Assembly (NCBI GenBank): GCA_963826065.1
Contig: CAWGVP010000002.1
Coordinates: forward strand, 173,055-237,054
Length of the DNA: 64,000 nt
Source: an uncultured Gemmatimonadales bacterium
Lineage (GTDB): Bacteria; Gemmatimonadota; Gemmatimonadetes; Gemmatimonadales; GWC2-71-9
Direction of reading: 5' to 3'
Shown: positions 44,459-54,212 of the stretch, piece after piece
Position numbering within the stretch: the stretch's first letter is position 1
Layout: every line of letters starts with the position of its first letter
The notes under the pieces: model-generated
What the model was told of the DNA's origin: nothing
Databases searched by the model: none
What the model saw: only the letters and a program-made list of their open reading frames with translations
Position numbers and translations under genes: made by a program

Positions 44459-45988
44459 GTGCCCCGCGCGCTGATCTCGGTCAGCGACAAGCGCGGGATC
44501 GTGGCTTTCGCACAGGGGCTCGTACAGCTGGGCTGGGAGATCGTCTCCACCGGCGGGACCGCCTCCACGCTTCGCGCCGCCGGGGTGCATGTCATCCCGG
44601 TGGACGAGGTGACCAGCTTCCCCGAGCTGCTCGATGGCCGGGTGAAGACGCTCCACCCGGCCGTTCACGGTGCCCTGCTCGCCCGCCGCGACTCGAGCGA
44701 GCACCTCGCCGCGATCGCCGAGCACGGGATCGTGCCGATCGACCTCGTCGCGGTGAACCTCTATCCGTTCCAGATGACCATTTCGCGGCCCGGCGTGCCG
44801 TTCGAGGACGCGGTCGAGAATATCGACATCGGCGGCCCGTCGATGCTCCGCTCCGCGGCGAAGAACCACGAGTTCGTCCTGCCGGTGGTGGACCCGACGG
44901 ACTACCCCAAGGTGCTCGACCTCTTGCGGCGGGATGCCCTGGACCCCGCGGTGCGACGGGAGTTCGCAGCCAAGGTGTTCGCCCACACCGGTGACTATGA
45001 TGCCGCGATCGCGGGCTTCCTGACCCCGAAGGAAGAGGGGCTGCCCCAGCGGCTAGGCCTCGCGATCGAGCGGCTCCAGATGCTCCGCTACGGCGAGAAT
45101 CCGACCCAGCGCGCCGCGCTGTATGTCACCGAAGAGCCCCGCGGCATGCGGGATCTCACCCAGCGGCAGGGTAAGGAGCTGTCCTTCAACAACCTGCTCG
45201 ACCTCGACGCGGCGATGTGGGCGGTCGCGAGCTGGCCCAACCGCCCGGCCTGCTGCATCATCAAGCACACCACGCCCTGCGGGATCGCGGTTGCCGCCTC
45301 GGCGGTCGAGGCGTTTCGCAAGGCGCGCTCCACCGACCCCATCTCGGCCTTCGGCTCGGTCATCGCATTCAATACCGTGGTGGATCGGGCCACCGCCCAG
45401 GCGATGAGCGACCTCTTCGTCGAGGTCGTGGTCGCTCCGTCGTTCCACGACGAGGCGATGGCCGTCTTCGCCGCGAAGAAGCAGCTCCGGGTCGTGGAGC
45501 TGCCGGTCAGCCGGGGAACCGGGACCCTCGACTTCAAGCGAGTGCGGGGCGGGTTCCTGGTGCAGGACCAGTTCGAGTTCGACGGGTCCGATCAGGACTG
45601 GAGCGTGGCCACCGACCGCCAGCCCTCCGAGCGCGAGTGGAACGATCTCCGGTTCGCCTGGGCCGCCGTCGCCGCCGTGAAATCGAACGCGATCCTGCTG
45701 GCGCGCGACGAAGTGGCCGTCGGCATCGGCGCGGGACAGACCAGCCGGGTGGACAGCGCGTTCCTCGCGGTCCACAAGGCTCGGGCGCTGGGCCACGACC
45801 CGACCGGCACCGTGCTCGCCTCCGACGCCTTCTTCCCCTTCGCCGACGGCGTCGAGCAGGCCGCCTCCGCCGGCGTGACCGCGATCATCCAGCCGGGCGG
45901 CTCGGTCCGCGACGCCGAGGTGATTGAAGCGGCGAATCGCCACGGCATGGCCATGGTGATGACCGGCCGCCGCCAGTTCCGTCACTGA
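44459..45988 (+). CDS. purH: Bifunctional AICAR transformylase / IMP cyclohydrolase
   Basis: ALISVSDKRGIV (MGS domain), VAVNLYPF, C-terminal AICARFT domain ending MTGRRQFRH. Confidence 0.97.
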   Translation: MPRALISVSDKRGIVAFAQGLVQLGWEIVSTGGTASTLRAAGVHVIPVDEVTSFPELLDGRVKTLHPAVHGALLARRDSSEHLAAIAEHGIVPIDLVAVNLYPFQMTISRPGVPFEDAVENIDIGGPSMLRSAAKNHEFVLPVVDPTDYPKVLDLLRRDALDPAVRREFAAKVFAHTGDYDAAIAGFLTPKEEGLPQRLGLAIERLQMLRYGENPTQRAALYVTEEPRGMRDLTQRQGKELSFNNLLDLDAAMWAVASWPNRPACCIIKHTTPCGIAVAASAVEAFRKARSTDPISAFGSVIAFNTVVDRATAQAMSDLFVEVVVAPSFHDEAMAVFAAKKQLRVVELPVSRGTGTLDFKRVRGGFLVQDQFEFDGSDQDWSVATDRQPSEREWNDLRFAWAAVAAVKSNAILLARDEVAVGIGAGQTSRVDSAFLAVHKARALGHDPTGTVLASDAFFPFADGVEQAASAGVTAIIQPGGSVRDAEVIEAANRHGMAMVMTGRRQFRH

Positions 45989-45999
45989 CCCGGACGACC

Positions 46000-48261
46000 A
46001 TGACCACCACGTCGCTGGAACGGCCGCCCTATCTCTGGGCGCTGGCCACGTTCGTTCTCGTGCTGATCATCTACGTGCTGACCCTGGCTCCGACGACGGC
46101 GTTCTGGGACGCCTCGGAGTACATCGCGGCCGCGTACGTGCTCGGCATTCCCCATCCGCCGGGAAATCCGCTGTTCGTCATCCTGGCGCATGTCTTCGGC
46201 CTGCTTCCCCTGGCCGAGTCGTACGCCGTGCGGATCAACCTCTTCGCCGCGGTGACGAGCGCGGGAGCAGCGGCGTTCTGGTTCCTCGTGGCCGAGCGCT
46301 GGCTCCGCGGCATCGTGCCGAACCGGTGGGCGCGCTACGGGGCCGCGATCGGCGGCGTGCTGGTGGGCGCCACCTCGTGGACGGTGTGGAACCAGTCGGT
46401 CGTGAACGAGAAGGTGTACACCGTATCGCTGCTCTCCATCGCGTTGGTGATGTGGCTCGTGGTCCGCTGGGGCGACGACGAGCCGGGCCCGCACCGCGAC
46501 CGCTGGCTGGTGCTCATCGCCTACGTGCTCGCGCTGACCGCCACCAATCACCTGATGGGCTTCCTCGCTCTGCCGGCTCTCGGCATCTACGTGCTGTGGA
46601 CCGACTGGCGGGTCGCGGTACAGCCGTGGGCCATCGTGACGTTCTACGCCCTCCTGCTGGCGGTCACCGGCAGGTGGCTCGACATGTTCGTCGGTGACGG
46701 GCCCACCGGCCCGCTGCTCCTCGTGCTGACCGTCGGGGTGGCGGGCTACGCGCTGTGGCGCTCGCCCCGGGATCCGCTGGTCTACCTCGGCGTCCTCGCC
46801 GTGGTGGTGGGCATCTCGCTCAACTACCTGTGGCTTCCGCTCCGGGCGGCCCAGTATCCCCCCATCAACGAGGGCGAGCCGGTAGGCCTGTTCAGCCAGG
46901 CGCTGCAGGACGTGTTGAACCGGGTTCAATACGGCAAGCCGGCCCTCACCGATCGCCAGGCCAGCTTCACCGGTCAGCTCGCCAATTTCTGGCAATACTT
47001 CGGCTGGCAGTTCGCGCGGGGATGGGGACGCTTCGCGGGCGTGGCGACGGCGCTCTTCGCGGTGCTCGGTCTGAGCGGCCTGTGGACGCTTTGGAAGTCC
47101 GACCGGCGTGCCGGCCTCGCGGCGGCCGCGCTGCTCGGCGTGTTGACGGTGGGGCTGGTGTTCTACATGAACTTCAAGTACGGCTACTCGCAGTATCCCG
47201 ACCAGGCGTCCCTGGCCCGCGAGGTCAGGCAGCGGGACTACTTCTTCATGGTGTCGTTCTCGGCGTTCGGGGTGTTCGTCGCCCTGGGACTCGGCGCGCT
47301 GATGCGGGGCGTCGTGGATTTCCTGCGCGACCGTGGCACGCCGAGGGGCCGTTGGGCCGCCGCGAGCGTGGTGCTGGCGATTGCGCTGGTTCCCCTGGTG
47401 GCCAACCGTGCCTCCGCCAGCCGGGCCGGCGAGACCATGGCCCGCGACTTCGCCCACGACATCCTCCAGTCGGTCGAGCCCTACGGGATCCTGATCACCG
47501 CCGGGGACAACGACACCTTCCCGCTCTGGTATGCGCAGGAAGTCGAAGGGATCCGTCGAGACGTTACGCTGGCCAACCTGTCGCTCATGAACACCGAGTG
47601 GCACCTCCGCCAGCTGCGGCGGCGGGAGACCCCGGCATTCGACCCGGCGGGCGCGGCGCCGCTGTGGCGTGAGCTCGGCGCGCCGAAGCGTCCCACCGAC
47701 CCCGTGATGAACATCCCCCTCGAGGAGATCGACAGCCTGCCGGAGGCGATGCGGGTCCCACCCGAAGGCGGCGTCGCGTTCGACAGCCTCCAGCTCCGCT
47801 TCGGCAGCGACGTCCTCCTGCGGCAGGATCTCGCGACCATCTTCCTGATTCGGGACAACCTGGGCCAGCGGCCGGTCTTCTTCAGCTGGAGCGACGGCGG
47901 CTACCCCGACCAGACGTTGGGACTGAGCCCCTACCTGGTGTCCCAGGGGTTCGTCCGGAAGCTGATGCCCACGCCGGTGTCCCCGACCGATTCCATCGTG
48001 CTGAGCCCCGGGCTCGGCTACGTGGACCTGCCGCGTTCCACCCGGCTGCTGTTCGAGGTCTACCACTGGAAGACGGCGACGAGGGATCGGCCCGTCGGCT
48101 GGGTGGACCCGCCGTCCGGGTCCATCCTCCAGCTCTACTCGGTCGTCTACGGGGGAACGTCGGAAACGCTGCGGCAGGCCGGCGACACGGCGTTGGCCGC
48201 CCGGGCCGACTCGGTGGCACGAAAGGTGACGGAGGAGCTGCGGCAGGGTGCCGCATTCTAG
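46000..48261 (+). CDS. DUF2723-family polytopic membrane protein, paralogue 2
   Basis: LTLAPTTAFWDASEYIAAAYVLGIPHPPGNPLF plus downstream blocks shared with ORF 186..2537 (DNDTFPLWYAQEVEGIRRDVT, TEWHLRQLRR). Confidence 0.85.
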   Translation: MTTTSLERPPYLWALATFVLVLIIYVLTLAPTTAFWDASEYIAAAYVLGIPHPPGNPLFVILAHVFGLLPLAESYAVRINLFAAVTSAGAAAFWFLVAERWLRGIVPNRWARYGAAIGGVLVGATSWTVWNQSVVNEKVYTVSLLSIALVMWLVVRWGDDEPGPHRDRWLVLIAYVLALTATNHLMGFLALPALGIYVLWTDWRVAVQPWAIVTFYALLLAVTGRWLDMFVGDGPTGPLLLVLTVGVAGYALWRSPRDPLVYLGVLAVVVGISLNYLWLPLRAAQYPPINEGEPVGLFSQALQDVLNRVQYGKPALTDRQASFTGQLANFWQYFGWQFARGWGRFAGVATALFAVLGLSGLWTLWKSDRRAGLAAAALLGVLTVGLVFYMNFKYGYSQYPDQASLAREVRQRDYFFMVSFSAFGVFVALGLGALMRGVVDFLRDRGTPRGRWAAASVVLAIALVPLVANRASASRAGETMARDFAHDILQSVEPYGILITAGDNDTFPLWYAQEVEGIRRDVTLANLSLMNTEWHLRQLRRRETPAFDPAGAAPLWRELGAPKRPTDPVMNIPLEEIDSLPEAMRVPPEGGVAFDSLQLRFGSDVLLRQDLATIFLIRDNLGQRPVFFSWSDGGYPDQTLGLSPYLVSQGFVRKLMPTPVSPTDSIVLSPGLGYVDLPRSTRLLFEVYHWKTATRDRPVGWVDPPSGSILQLYSVVYGGTSETLRQAGDTALAARADSVARKVTEELRQGAAF

Positions 48262-48296
48262 CCGGGTCTGGCGGGCGCACCCGGGGGCGGTATTTT
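48262..48296 (+). terminator. Candidate intrinsic terminator after DUF2723 paralogue 2
   Basis: CCGGGT-N11-ACCCGG stem, then GGGCGGTATTTTCCCC. Confidence 0.35.
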
Positions 48297-48343
48297 CCCC
48301 CAGTAACTCCGGTTCCAGCCCAGGTAATGCCAGAGGATCGATC

Positions 48344-48775
48344 GTGACCGACGCTTCACTCGCCCGCGAGCGGACGACCACCATCCTCGTGGCAGAGGAT
48401 GACGATGCCCTGCGCGGCATCGTGACCCGCGTCTTCTGGGATCAAGGCTATCGGACGCTGGAGGCACGCCACGGCAACGAGGCCTTGCACCTGGCCGAGC
48501 TGGCCGCGCCCTATCTGGATCTGGTGGTGACCGACGTCATCATGCCGGAGCTCGACGGGTTGGAGCTGGGCCGGGAGCTCGCGCGGCGTTGGGCCTCGAT
48601 TCCCGTGCTGTACATTTCCGCCTACCCCCCGAACGACATCTTCAGCCGCGGTGGCCCTGCCACCTCCACGCCGTTCCTTCAGAAGCCGTTTACGCCCGAG
48701 GTACTGCTCGAGCGGGTCCGCGGGCTGCTGGCCTCGAGAGACGGGCTCGCATCCACCGGCGCGCTTTCCTCATAA
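48344..48775 (+). CDS. Stand-alone response-regulator receiver (CheY-like) 1
   Basis: ILVAEDDD...VVTDVIMPELDG...VLYISAY...FLQKPF. GTG start with AGAGGA upstream. Confidence 0.85.
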   Translation: MTDASLARERTTTILVAEDDDALRGIVTRVFWDQGYRTLEARHGNEALHLAELAAPYLDLVVTDVIMPELDGLELGRELARRWASIPVLYISAYPPNDIFSRGGPATSTPFLQKPFTPEVLLERVRGLLASRDGLASTGALSS

Positions 48776-49165
48776 GTCCGGCTCCCGTCCGGCGCCGGTG
48801 TCCAGCAGCGCTCGCAGCTCCGCCAGCAACGCCTCCGCTGAGAACGGCTTCTGAAGGAACGCGGTGCCCGGGCCGACCCGCCCGGGGGGTACGACCTCGG
48901 CCGCGGTGTGACCCGAGATGTAGAGCACGCGGAGCCCCGGACGATCTCCGACGATCAGCCGGGCCAGTTGGGGTCCGGATACGCCCAGCAGCCCGACGTC
49001 GGTCACGAGCGCGTGGATCAGGACTTGAGGGTTGGAGACCAGATCAATGGCCTCCATCGGTGTCTCGGCAGGGATGACGGCGTAGCCGGCGGTTTCGAGG
49101 GTCCTTCGAACGACGTCCCGGGTCTGCGCGTTGTCTTCGACGAGGAGGATGGTCTCGCTGGGCAT
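48770..49165 (-). CDS. Stand-alone response-regulator receiver (CheY-like) 2
   Basis: MPSETILLVEDN...LVTDVGLLGVSG...VLYISGH...FLQKPF. Its 3' end overlaps receiver 1 by 6 nt (TCATAA). Confidence 0.85.
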   Translation of the reverse strand: MPSETILLVEDNAQTRDVVRRTLETAGYAVIPAETPMEAIDLVSNPQVLIHALVTDVGLLGVSGPQLARLIVGDRPGLRVLYISGHTAAEVVPPGRVGPGTAFLQKPFSAEALLAELRALLDTGAGREPDL

Positions 49166-49232
49166 GGACCCCCTGAGAAGAGACTTGAGGAGGGTTGTGT
49201 AAACGCCGGTACAATATGAGTTTTGTGCCTCG

Positions 49233-49319
49233 GGCGTGGTGGCCGAGTGGTTTAAGGCAGCGGTCTTGAAAACCGCCGACCGGGCAACCGGTCCGTGAGT
49301 TCGAATCTCACCCACGCCG
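49233..49319 (+). tRNA. tRNA-Ser (anticodon TGA)
   Basis: GGCGTGGTGGCCGAGTGGTTTAAGGCAGCGGTCTTGAAAACCGC + long variable arm + GTGAGTTCGAATCTCACCCACGCCG. Class II cloverleaf. Confidence 0.9.
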
Positions 49320-49338
49320 TTCCCCGCGACTGGCCGGG

Positions 49339-51279
49339 TTACCGCTCGACCAGAACCCCGCTCCCTTCGGCCAGCTCCCCCTCGAGGTCGTCCGCCGACC
49401 GGCGCCCGATGAAGTGGCGGTACCAGACCTCCGCGGTCAGCAGCAGCCAGATCCGGTTCCCGTGGTCGCGCCGCCCCTCGAGATGCTCGTTCACCAGATC
49501 GCGCACCCGCTCGGTGCGCAGGTAGCCGTCGCGGGCCAGCTCGCTCTTCAGCAGCAGGCGGGGCGCCAACCGTCGTACCTCGTCGTTCAGGATGTACATC
49601 AGAGGCGACGCGAAACCCTGCTTCTTCCGGTCGAGCACCTCCCGCGGGAGATACCGCTCCGCCAATTTCCGCTCCAGATATCGCAACTGGCGGCCGCGGA
49701 CCTTGAGACCGACGGGCACCCGGGCCATGAGCTCGGCGAAGCGGACGTCGAGGAACGGCGAGCGCGATTCGAGGCTGTAGGCCATCGTCGCTCGGTCGAG
49801 AATCATGAGGGATTGGCCCGGCAGCCGGGAGGCCACGTCCACGTACATCATCCGGTCCACCGGATCTTCCGCCGGCGCGCTCGCGAAGAGGTCGAGGACG
49901 CAGGCGTCGGGCCGCGCCCCGCCCAGCATCCGGCGAAACTCGGGCGTGTACAGCTCCGCTCGGTGCGCTTCGTTGAACCAGAAGAACTGCATGCTCTCCG
50001 CGTAACGCTCGCCCCCGCTCTTTCGCGCCATCTGATCCACCCACCGGAGTTTGTGGGTGAAGCTCTTGAAGGTGAACTGATCCGGCAGCCGGCCCAGCAC
50101 CTGGCTGGAGACCAGGTCGCGCACCACGGACGGCACGGAGCGATAGAGGTCCAGCCACCGATCGGCGGAGTACCGATCGTATCCCCCGAACAGCTCGTCG
50201 CCCCCATCGCCGCCGAGTACCACCTTCACCTCGCGCGCGGTCATCCGGGCGAGATGGAGCAGGCACATCGAGAGCGGATCGGCCGGCTCGTCGAGCGCGG
50301 CTACCAGGCGGGGCAAGTCGTGGACCACGGTGGGCGTGACTTCCTCCGCGAAGTGGCGCGTCCCGTAGCGCGCGGCGACGGCGGCCGCGGCCGGCAGCTC
50401 GTTGAGGTCACGATACGGAATGCCCATGGAGAAGGTCCGCAGCTCTGCGCCCAGCTCCCGCGCGGCATACGAGGCGATCAACGTCGAATCGAGGCCGCCG
50501 CTCAGGAACGCGCCGACCGGCACATCGCTCAGGAGATGGGCCGAGACCGTTTCGGCCAGGAGCGCATCGATCCGCTCGAGCAGCTCCGCCTCTCCATCGG
50601 TCCACTTGGGCCCGTACGCGAGCTGCCAGTAGCGCTCCACCCGGGGCCTGCCGTCCTCCCAGACCATGTAGTGTGCCGGCGGCAGGGCGCGCACCCGGGG
50701 GAAGAACGTCTCCGGCGGCTGTACGAAACGGAGCGTCAGGTACTGGTCCAGCGCGAAGGGAGAGAGCTCCGCCAGCGTCGGGTCGTCGGCCAACAGGGCC
50801 TTCACCTCGGAGGCGAACGTCAGCCGGCCGTCGGTGACGGTATAGAAGAGCGGCTTCTGCCCGAAGTGGTCCCGCCCCAGGAGCAGCCGGCGCCGGGTGC
50901 GGTCCCACACCGCGAAGGCGAACATGCCCCGCAGCCGCGCCAGCATTCCTTCGCCGTACTGTTCGTACAGGTGGAGCAGCACCTCGGTGTCGGTGCGGGT
51001 GCGGAACCGGTGACCGGCGGCCTCCAGCTCGGGGCGGAGCTGCGGGTAGTTGTAGATCTCGCCGTTCATCACCACGACGACGGTGCCGTCTTCGTTCGTG
51101 ATCGGCTGGTGGCCGCCGGCGATGTCGATGATGCTGAGGCGTCGGGCACCCAGGCCGGTCCCGCCCTCGACGAACACCCCCCAGTCGTCCGGGCCGCGGT
51201 GCTGGATCGCATCGCACATGCAGCGGATCTCCCGCTCCGACACCGGCGCCGGGCCCACCCGGCCGACGATTCCGCACAT
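49339..51279 (-). CDS. asnB: Asparagine synthase (glutamine-hydrolysing) family amidotransferase
   Basis: MCGI N-terminal nucleophile, GATase-II domain, SGGLDS PP-loop. Confidence 0.92.
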   Translation of the reverse strand: MCGIVGRVGPAPVSEREIRCMCDAIQHRGPDDWGVFVEGGTGLGARRLSIIDIAGGHQPITNEDGTVVVVMNGEIYNYPQLRPELEAAGHRFRTRTDTEVLLHLYEQYGEGMLARLRGMFAFAVWDRTRRRLLLGRDHFGQKPLFYTVTDGRLTFASEVKALLADDPTLAELSPFALDQYLTLRFVQPPETFFPRVRALPPAHYMVWEDGRPRVERYWQLAYGPKWTDGEAELLERIDALLAETVSAHLLSDVPVGAFLSGGLDSTLIASYAARELGAELRTFSMGIPYRDLNELPAAAAVAARYGTRHFAEEVTPTVVHDLPRLVAALDEPADPLSMCLLHLARMTAREVKVVLGGDGGDELFGGYDRYSADRWLDLYRSVPSVVRDLVSSQVLGRLPDQFTFKSFTHKLRWVDQMARKSGGERYAESMQFFWFNEAHRAELYTPEFRRMLGGARPDACVLDLFASAPAEDPVDRMMYVDVASRLPGQSLMILDRATMAYSLESRSPFLDVRFAELMARVPVGLKVRGRQLRYLERKLAERYLPREVLDRKKQGFASPLMYILNDEVRRLAPRLLLKSELARDGYLRTERVRDLVNEHLEGRRDHGNRIWLLLTAEVWYRHFIGRRSADDLEGELAEGSGVLVER

Positions 51280-51280
51280 C

Positions 51281-52105
51281 TCAGGCAGCCTTGCGGGCGC
51301 GGGCGACCATCATGTATCCCGGCGAGAACGGGATCAGCTTGTCGAGCATCGTCCAGCCCCGCAGGAGCGGATAGATGGCGGAGTACACCTTGTACGCGGT
51401 CCCCACCTTGTCGAGGGCTTCCGCCGACATGGGCGCGGTGTCACCGTGAAAGTCCTGCTCCGCGACCTGCTTCCCCTGCATGGCCTTGCGATGATACGCG
51501 TAGTTGAGCAGGTCCTCGAGCGATTCAGTGAAGAGCCGGCAGTAATCCTCCACGCTGACTACGGTCAGACCGTGGCGCTGCATCAGGTCCCGGGCTCGCG
51601 CCGGAGGGTAGCCGTCACGAGCGTGCCCAAACCCCTCCTGGTCGGCGGTGAAGCCGAGCACTCTCTTGAGCGCGAATCCGGGCCGGCCGTGCTCCCCTTT
51701 CGGCGCCATGAATAGAAAGTCGCCTCCCGGCTTCAACACCCGCACCATCTCGGCGAAGAAGATGTCGTCGTCTTCGATGTGCTCCAGGAAGTTGATCGCG
51801 GCGACCACGTCGAACGACCCGGTTGGGAACGGTACCGAGCGCTCGTCGATCTGCACCACCCGCTCGCCGACCAGTTGGCGGGCGGAACGAACGTGGTCGC
51901 GCTCGAAGTCGCAGCTGGTCCAGGTGCCGCCCCGCTGCCGGAGGAAGTAGGAGGTGAGCCCGGTGCCACAGCCCAGCTCCAGGCAGGTCCGCCCCTCGAC
52001 CGGGGGAAGATGGTCGAGCAGCGCCTTCATCGTTTCCTTCTTCTTCAGCGAGCGACGGAACAGCTGAATCTGCCACGGCTCGGTCACCGATCGTCCTCCG
52101 CTCAT
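51281..52105 (-). CDS. Class I SAM-dependent methyltransferase
   Basis: Motif I CLELGCGTG. Start MSGGRSV overlaps the upstream stop (ATGA). Confidence 0.8.
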   Translation of the reverse strand: MSGGRSVTEPWQIQLFRRSLKKKETMKALLDHLPPVEGRTCLELGCGTGLTSYFLRQRGGTWTSCDFERDHVRSARQLVGERVVQIDERSVPFPTGSFDVVAAINFLEHIEDDDIFFAEMVRVLKPGGDFLFMAPKGEHGRPGFALKRVLGFTADQEGFGHARDGYPPARARDLMQRHGLTVVSVEDYCRLFTESLEDLLNYAYHRKAMQGKQVAEQDFHGDTAPMSAEALDKVGTAYKVYSAIYPLLRGWTMLDKLIPFSPGYMMVARARKAA

Positions 52106-53103
52106 GACGCCAACGCCCCCGAGCGCCGGTAGTCCTCCAGCGTGCGCCGGATGCCCTCCGGCAGGTCCACCCGGGGCGCCCAGTCCAATCCCTGCCGCGC
52201 GTGCGTGGTATCGAACTCCGAATCGCTCCAGAAGAAATCCATGCGCCGCCGATAGATCGGCGGATCCACCTTGAGGACGCGCGAGACGTCCTCCACCACC
52301 CCGGCCAGCGCGAGCATCGGCTTCAGCGGCAGGTGCGGACCGGAGCGCCGGCTCCCCGTCGCGGCCTGGACCTCCGCCACCAGCTCCCGAAGCGTGCAGG
52401 CCCTGGGTCCCGCCAGGATATAGCTGTCGCCGACCGCGCGCTCCCGCTCGCACGCCCGGAAGAACCCGCTGACCACATCGGCCACATAGATCATGTGCCG
52501 CCGGCCTTCACCGCGTCCGAACATGGGGAACCGTCCCGCGCTCACGCCCTTGAAGAGCTTGAGCAGCCGCTGGTCCCGGGGGCCGTACACGTCCGCCGGC
52601 CGAAGGATGGTGTACGGCAGCGACCGGGCCGCGCCGAACTCGCGCACCTGCCGCTCGGCCGCGACCTTGGTCCGCTCGTAGATGTTACCTGGCGCGAGCG
52701 GGGAGTCCTCACGGGTGATGCCGGGCGCCCGGTGTCCGTAGATCCCGATCGTGCTGCAGTAAATGAACCGGCGGACGCCTTCATCCGCCGCGGCCTCGAG
52801 CAGGCGGCGGGTGCCCTCCAGGTTGACCGACTCGAAGAATTCGTCGCGCTTGCCGCCCTCGCGCATGGCTACCGCGAGGTGGAACACGTGGGTGGCGCCC
52901 TGGACCGCCCGGCGGCACAGCTCCGGCTCCGTGATGCTGCCCTCGAACACCTCGACGCCCTGGCGCCGGAGGAGCTCGACGTTGGCCCGTTCCTCCGGTC
53001 GCCCGGCCAGACCGAGCACCACCACGTCGGCGCCGAGCCGGCGACCCTGCTCCGCAAGGTGGGATCCGATGAACCCGGTCCCTCCCGTCACCAGCAGCTT
53101 CAT
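52102..53103 (-). CDS. NAD-dependent epimerase/dehydratase (extended SDR)
   Basis: VTGGTGFIGSHL and YERTK catalytic motif. Confidence 0.88.
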   Translation of the reverse strand: MKLLVTGGTGFIGSHLAEQGRRLGADVVVLGLAGRPEERANVELLRRQGVEVFEGSITEPELCRRAVQGATHVFHLAVAMREGGKRDEFFESVNLEGTRRLLEAAADEGVRRFIYCSTIGIYGHRAPGITREDSPLAPGNIYERTKVAAERQVREFGAARSLPYTILRPADVYGPRDQRLLKLFKGVSAGRFPMFGRGEGRRHMIYVADVVSGFFRACERERAVGDSYILAGPRACTLRELVAEVQAATGSRRSGPHLPLKPMLALAGVVEDVSRVLKVDPPIYRRRMDFFWSDSEFDTTHARQGLDWAPRVDLPEGIRRTLEDYRRSGALAS

Positions 53104-54212
53104 CCGTAGCGCTTTTCCAACGCGGCGACGATCCGCTCGCTGGCCTGGCCGTCACCGTAGGGACTCACCGCGGACGCCATCCGCTGGTACTGGTCCCGGG
53201 ACGAGAGCAGGCGCGCGGCGGTCGCGACGATACGCTCGCGATCGGTGCCGACCACCACGGCGGTGCCCGCCTCGACACCCTCCGGCCGCTCGGTGGTGTC
53301 TCGCAGCACCAGCACCGGCTTCCCCAGGCTTGGCGCCTCCTCCTGGACCCCGCCGCTGTCCGTGAGGATCAGGTGTGCCTTCGCCATCAGGTGCACGAAC
53401 TCCACGTAGTCCACCGGCGGGATGAGGCGCACGCGCGGGGTATCGCAGAGCAGCGCCTCGACCGGCCCCTTCACGTGTGGGTTGGGATGCACCGGGATGA
53501 CCACCTCGATATCCGGGAACTTCGCCACCAGGTCCCCGATGGCCGCGCAGGTGGCGCGCAGCGGATCGCCGAAGCTCTCCCGCCGGTGGGTGGTCACCAG
53601 GACGATGCGCGAGCCGGGGTCGAGCGACGCCAGCGCCGGTGTCTGAAACTGGTAGTTCGGCTTGAGCGTCGCGAGCAGCGCGTCGATCACGGTGTTGCCG
53701 GTGAGGATCACGGTGTCGGGGGCCACTCCTTCCTCCAGCAGGCGATCCCGCGCGTTGGTGGTCGGCGCGAAATGAAGATCGGCGAGGCGGGTGGTCAGTA
53801 CCCGGTTCATCTCCTCCGGGAAGGGGTGGTACCGGTTGCCGGTGCGAAGTCCGGCCTCGACGTGACCGGTGGGGATCCGCTCGAGGTATGCGGCGAAGGA
53901 GGAGGCGAAGGTTGTCATCGTGTCGCCCTGCACCAGGAGGACGTCGGGCCGGATCTCCCTGAGGAGCGGCGGCAGCCGGTCCAGCACCCGCGCGGCGACG
54001 CCGGCCGGCGATTGGCCCGGGGTCATGATCGCCAGGTCGTGATCGGCGGTGAGGTCGAACACCTCCATGACCTGATCGAGCATGTCGCGGTGCTGAGCCG
54101 AGACGCAGACCAGGCTCTCGAACCGGTCCGACCGTGCCCGCAGGCGGTGCACCACGGGGGCCATCTTGATCGCCTCCGGCCGGGTGCCGAAGACGCTCAG
54201 CACGCGGATCAT
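53100..54212 (-). CDS. wecB: UDP-N-acetylglucosamine 2-epimerase (non-hydrolysing)
   Basis: MIRVLSVFGTRPEAIKMAPV... Colinear WecB/MnaA pattern. Confidence 0.92.
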   Translation of the reverse strand: MIRVLSVFGTRPEAIKMAPVVHRLRARSDRFESLVCVSAQHRDMLDQVMEVFDLTADHDLAIMTPGQSPAGVAARVLDRLPPLLREIRPDVLLVQGDTMTTFASSFAAYLERIPTGHVEAGLRTGNRYHPFPEEMNRVLTTRLADLHFAPTTNARDRLLEEGVAPDTVILTGNTVIDALLATLKPNYQFQTPALASLDPGSRIVLVTTHRRESFGDPLRATCAAIGDLVAKFPDIEVVIPVHPNPHVKGPVEALLCDTPRVRLIPPVDYVEFVHLMAKAHLILTDSGGVQEEAPSLGKPVLVLRDTTERPEGVEAGTAVVVGTDRERIVATAARLLSSRDQYQRMASAVSPYGDGQASERIVAALEKRYG

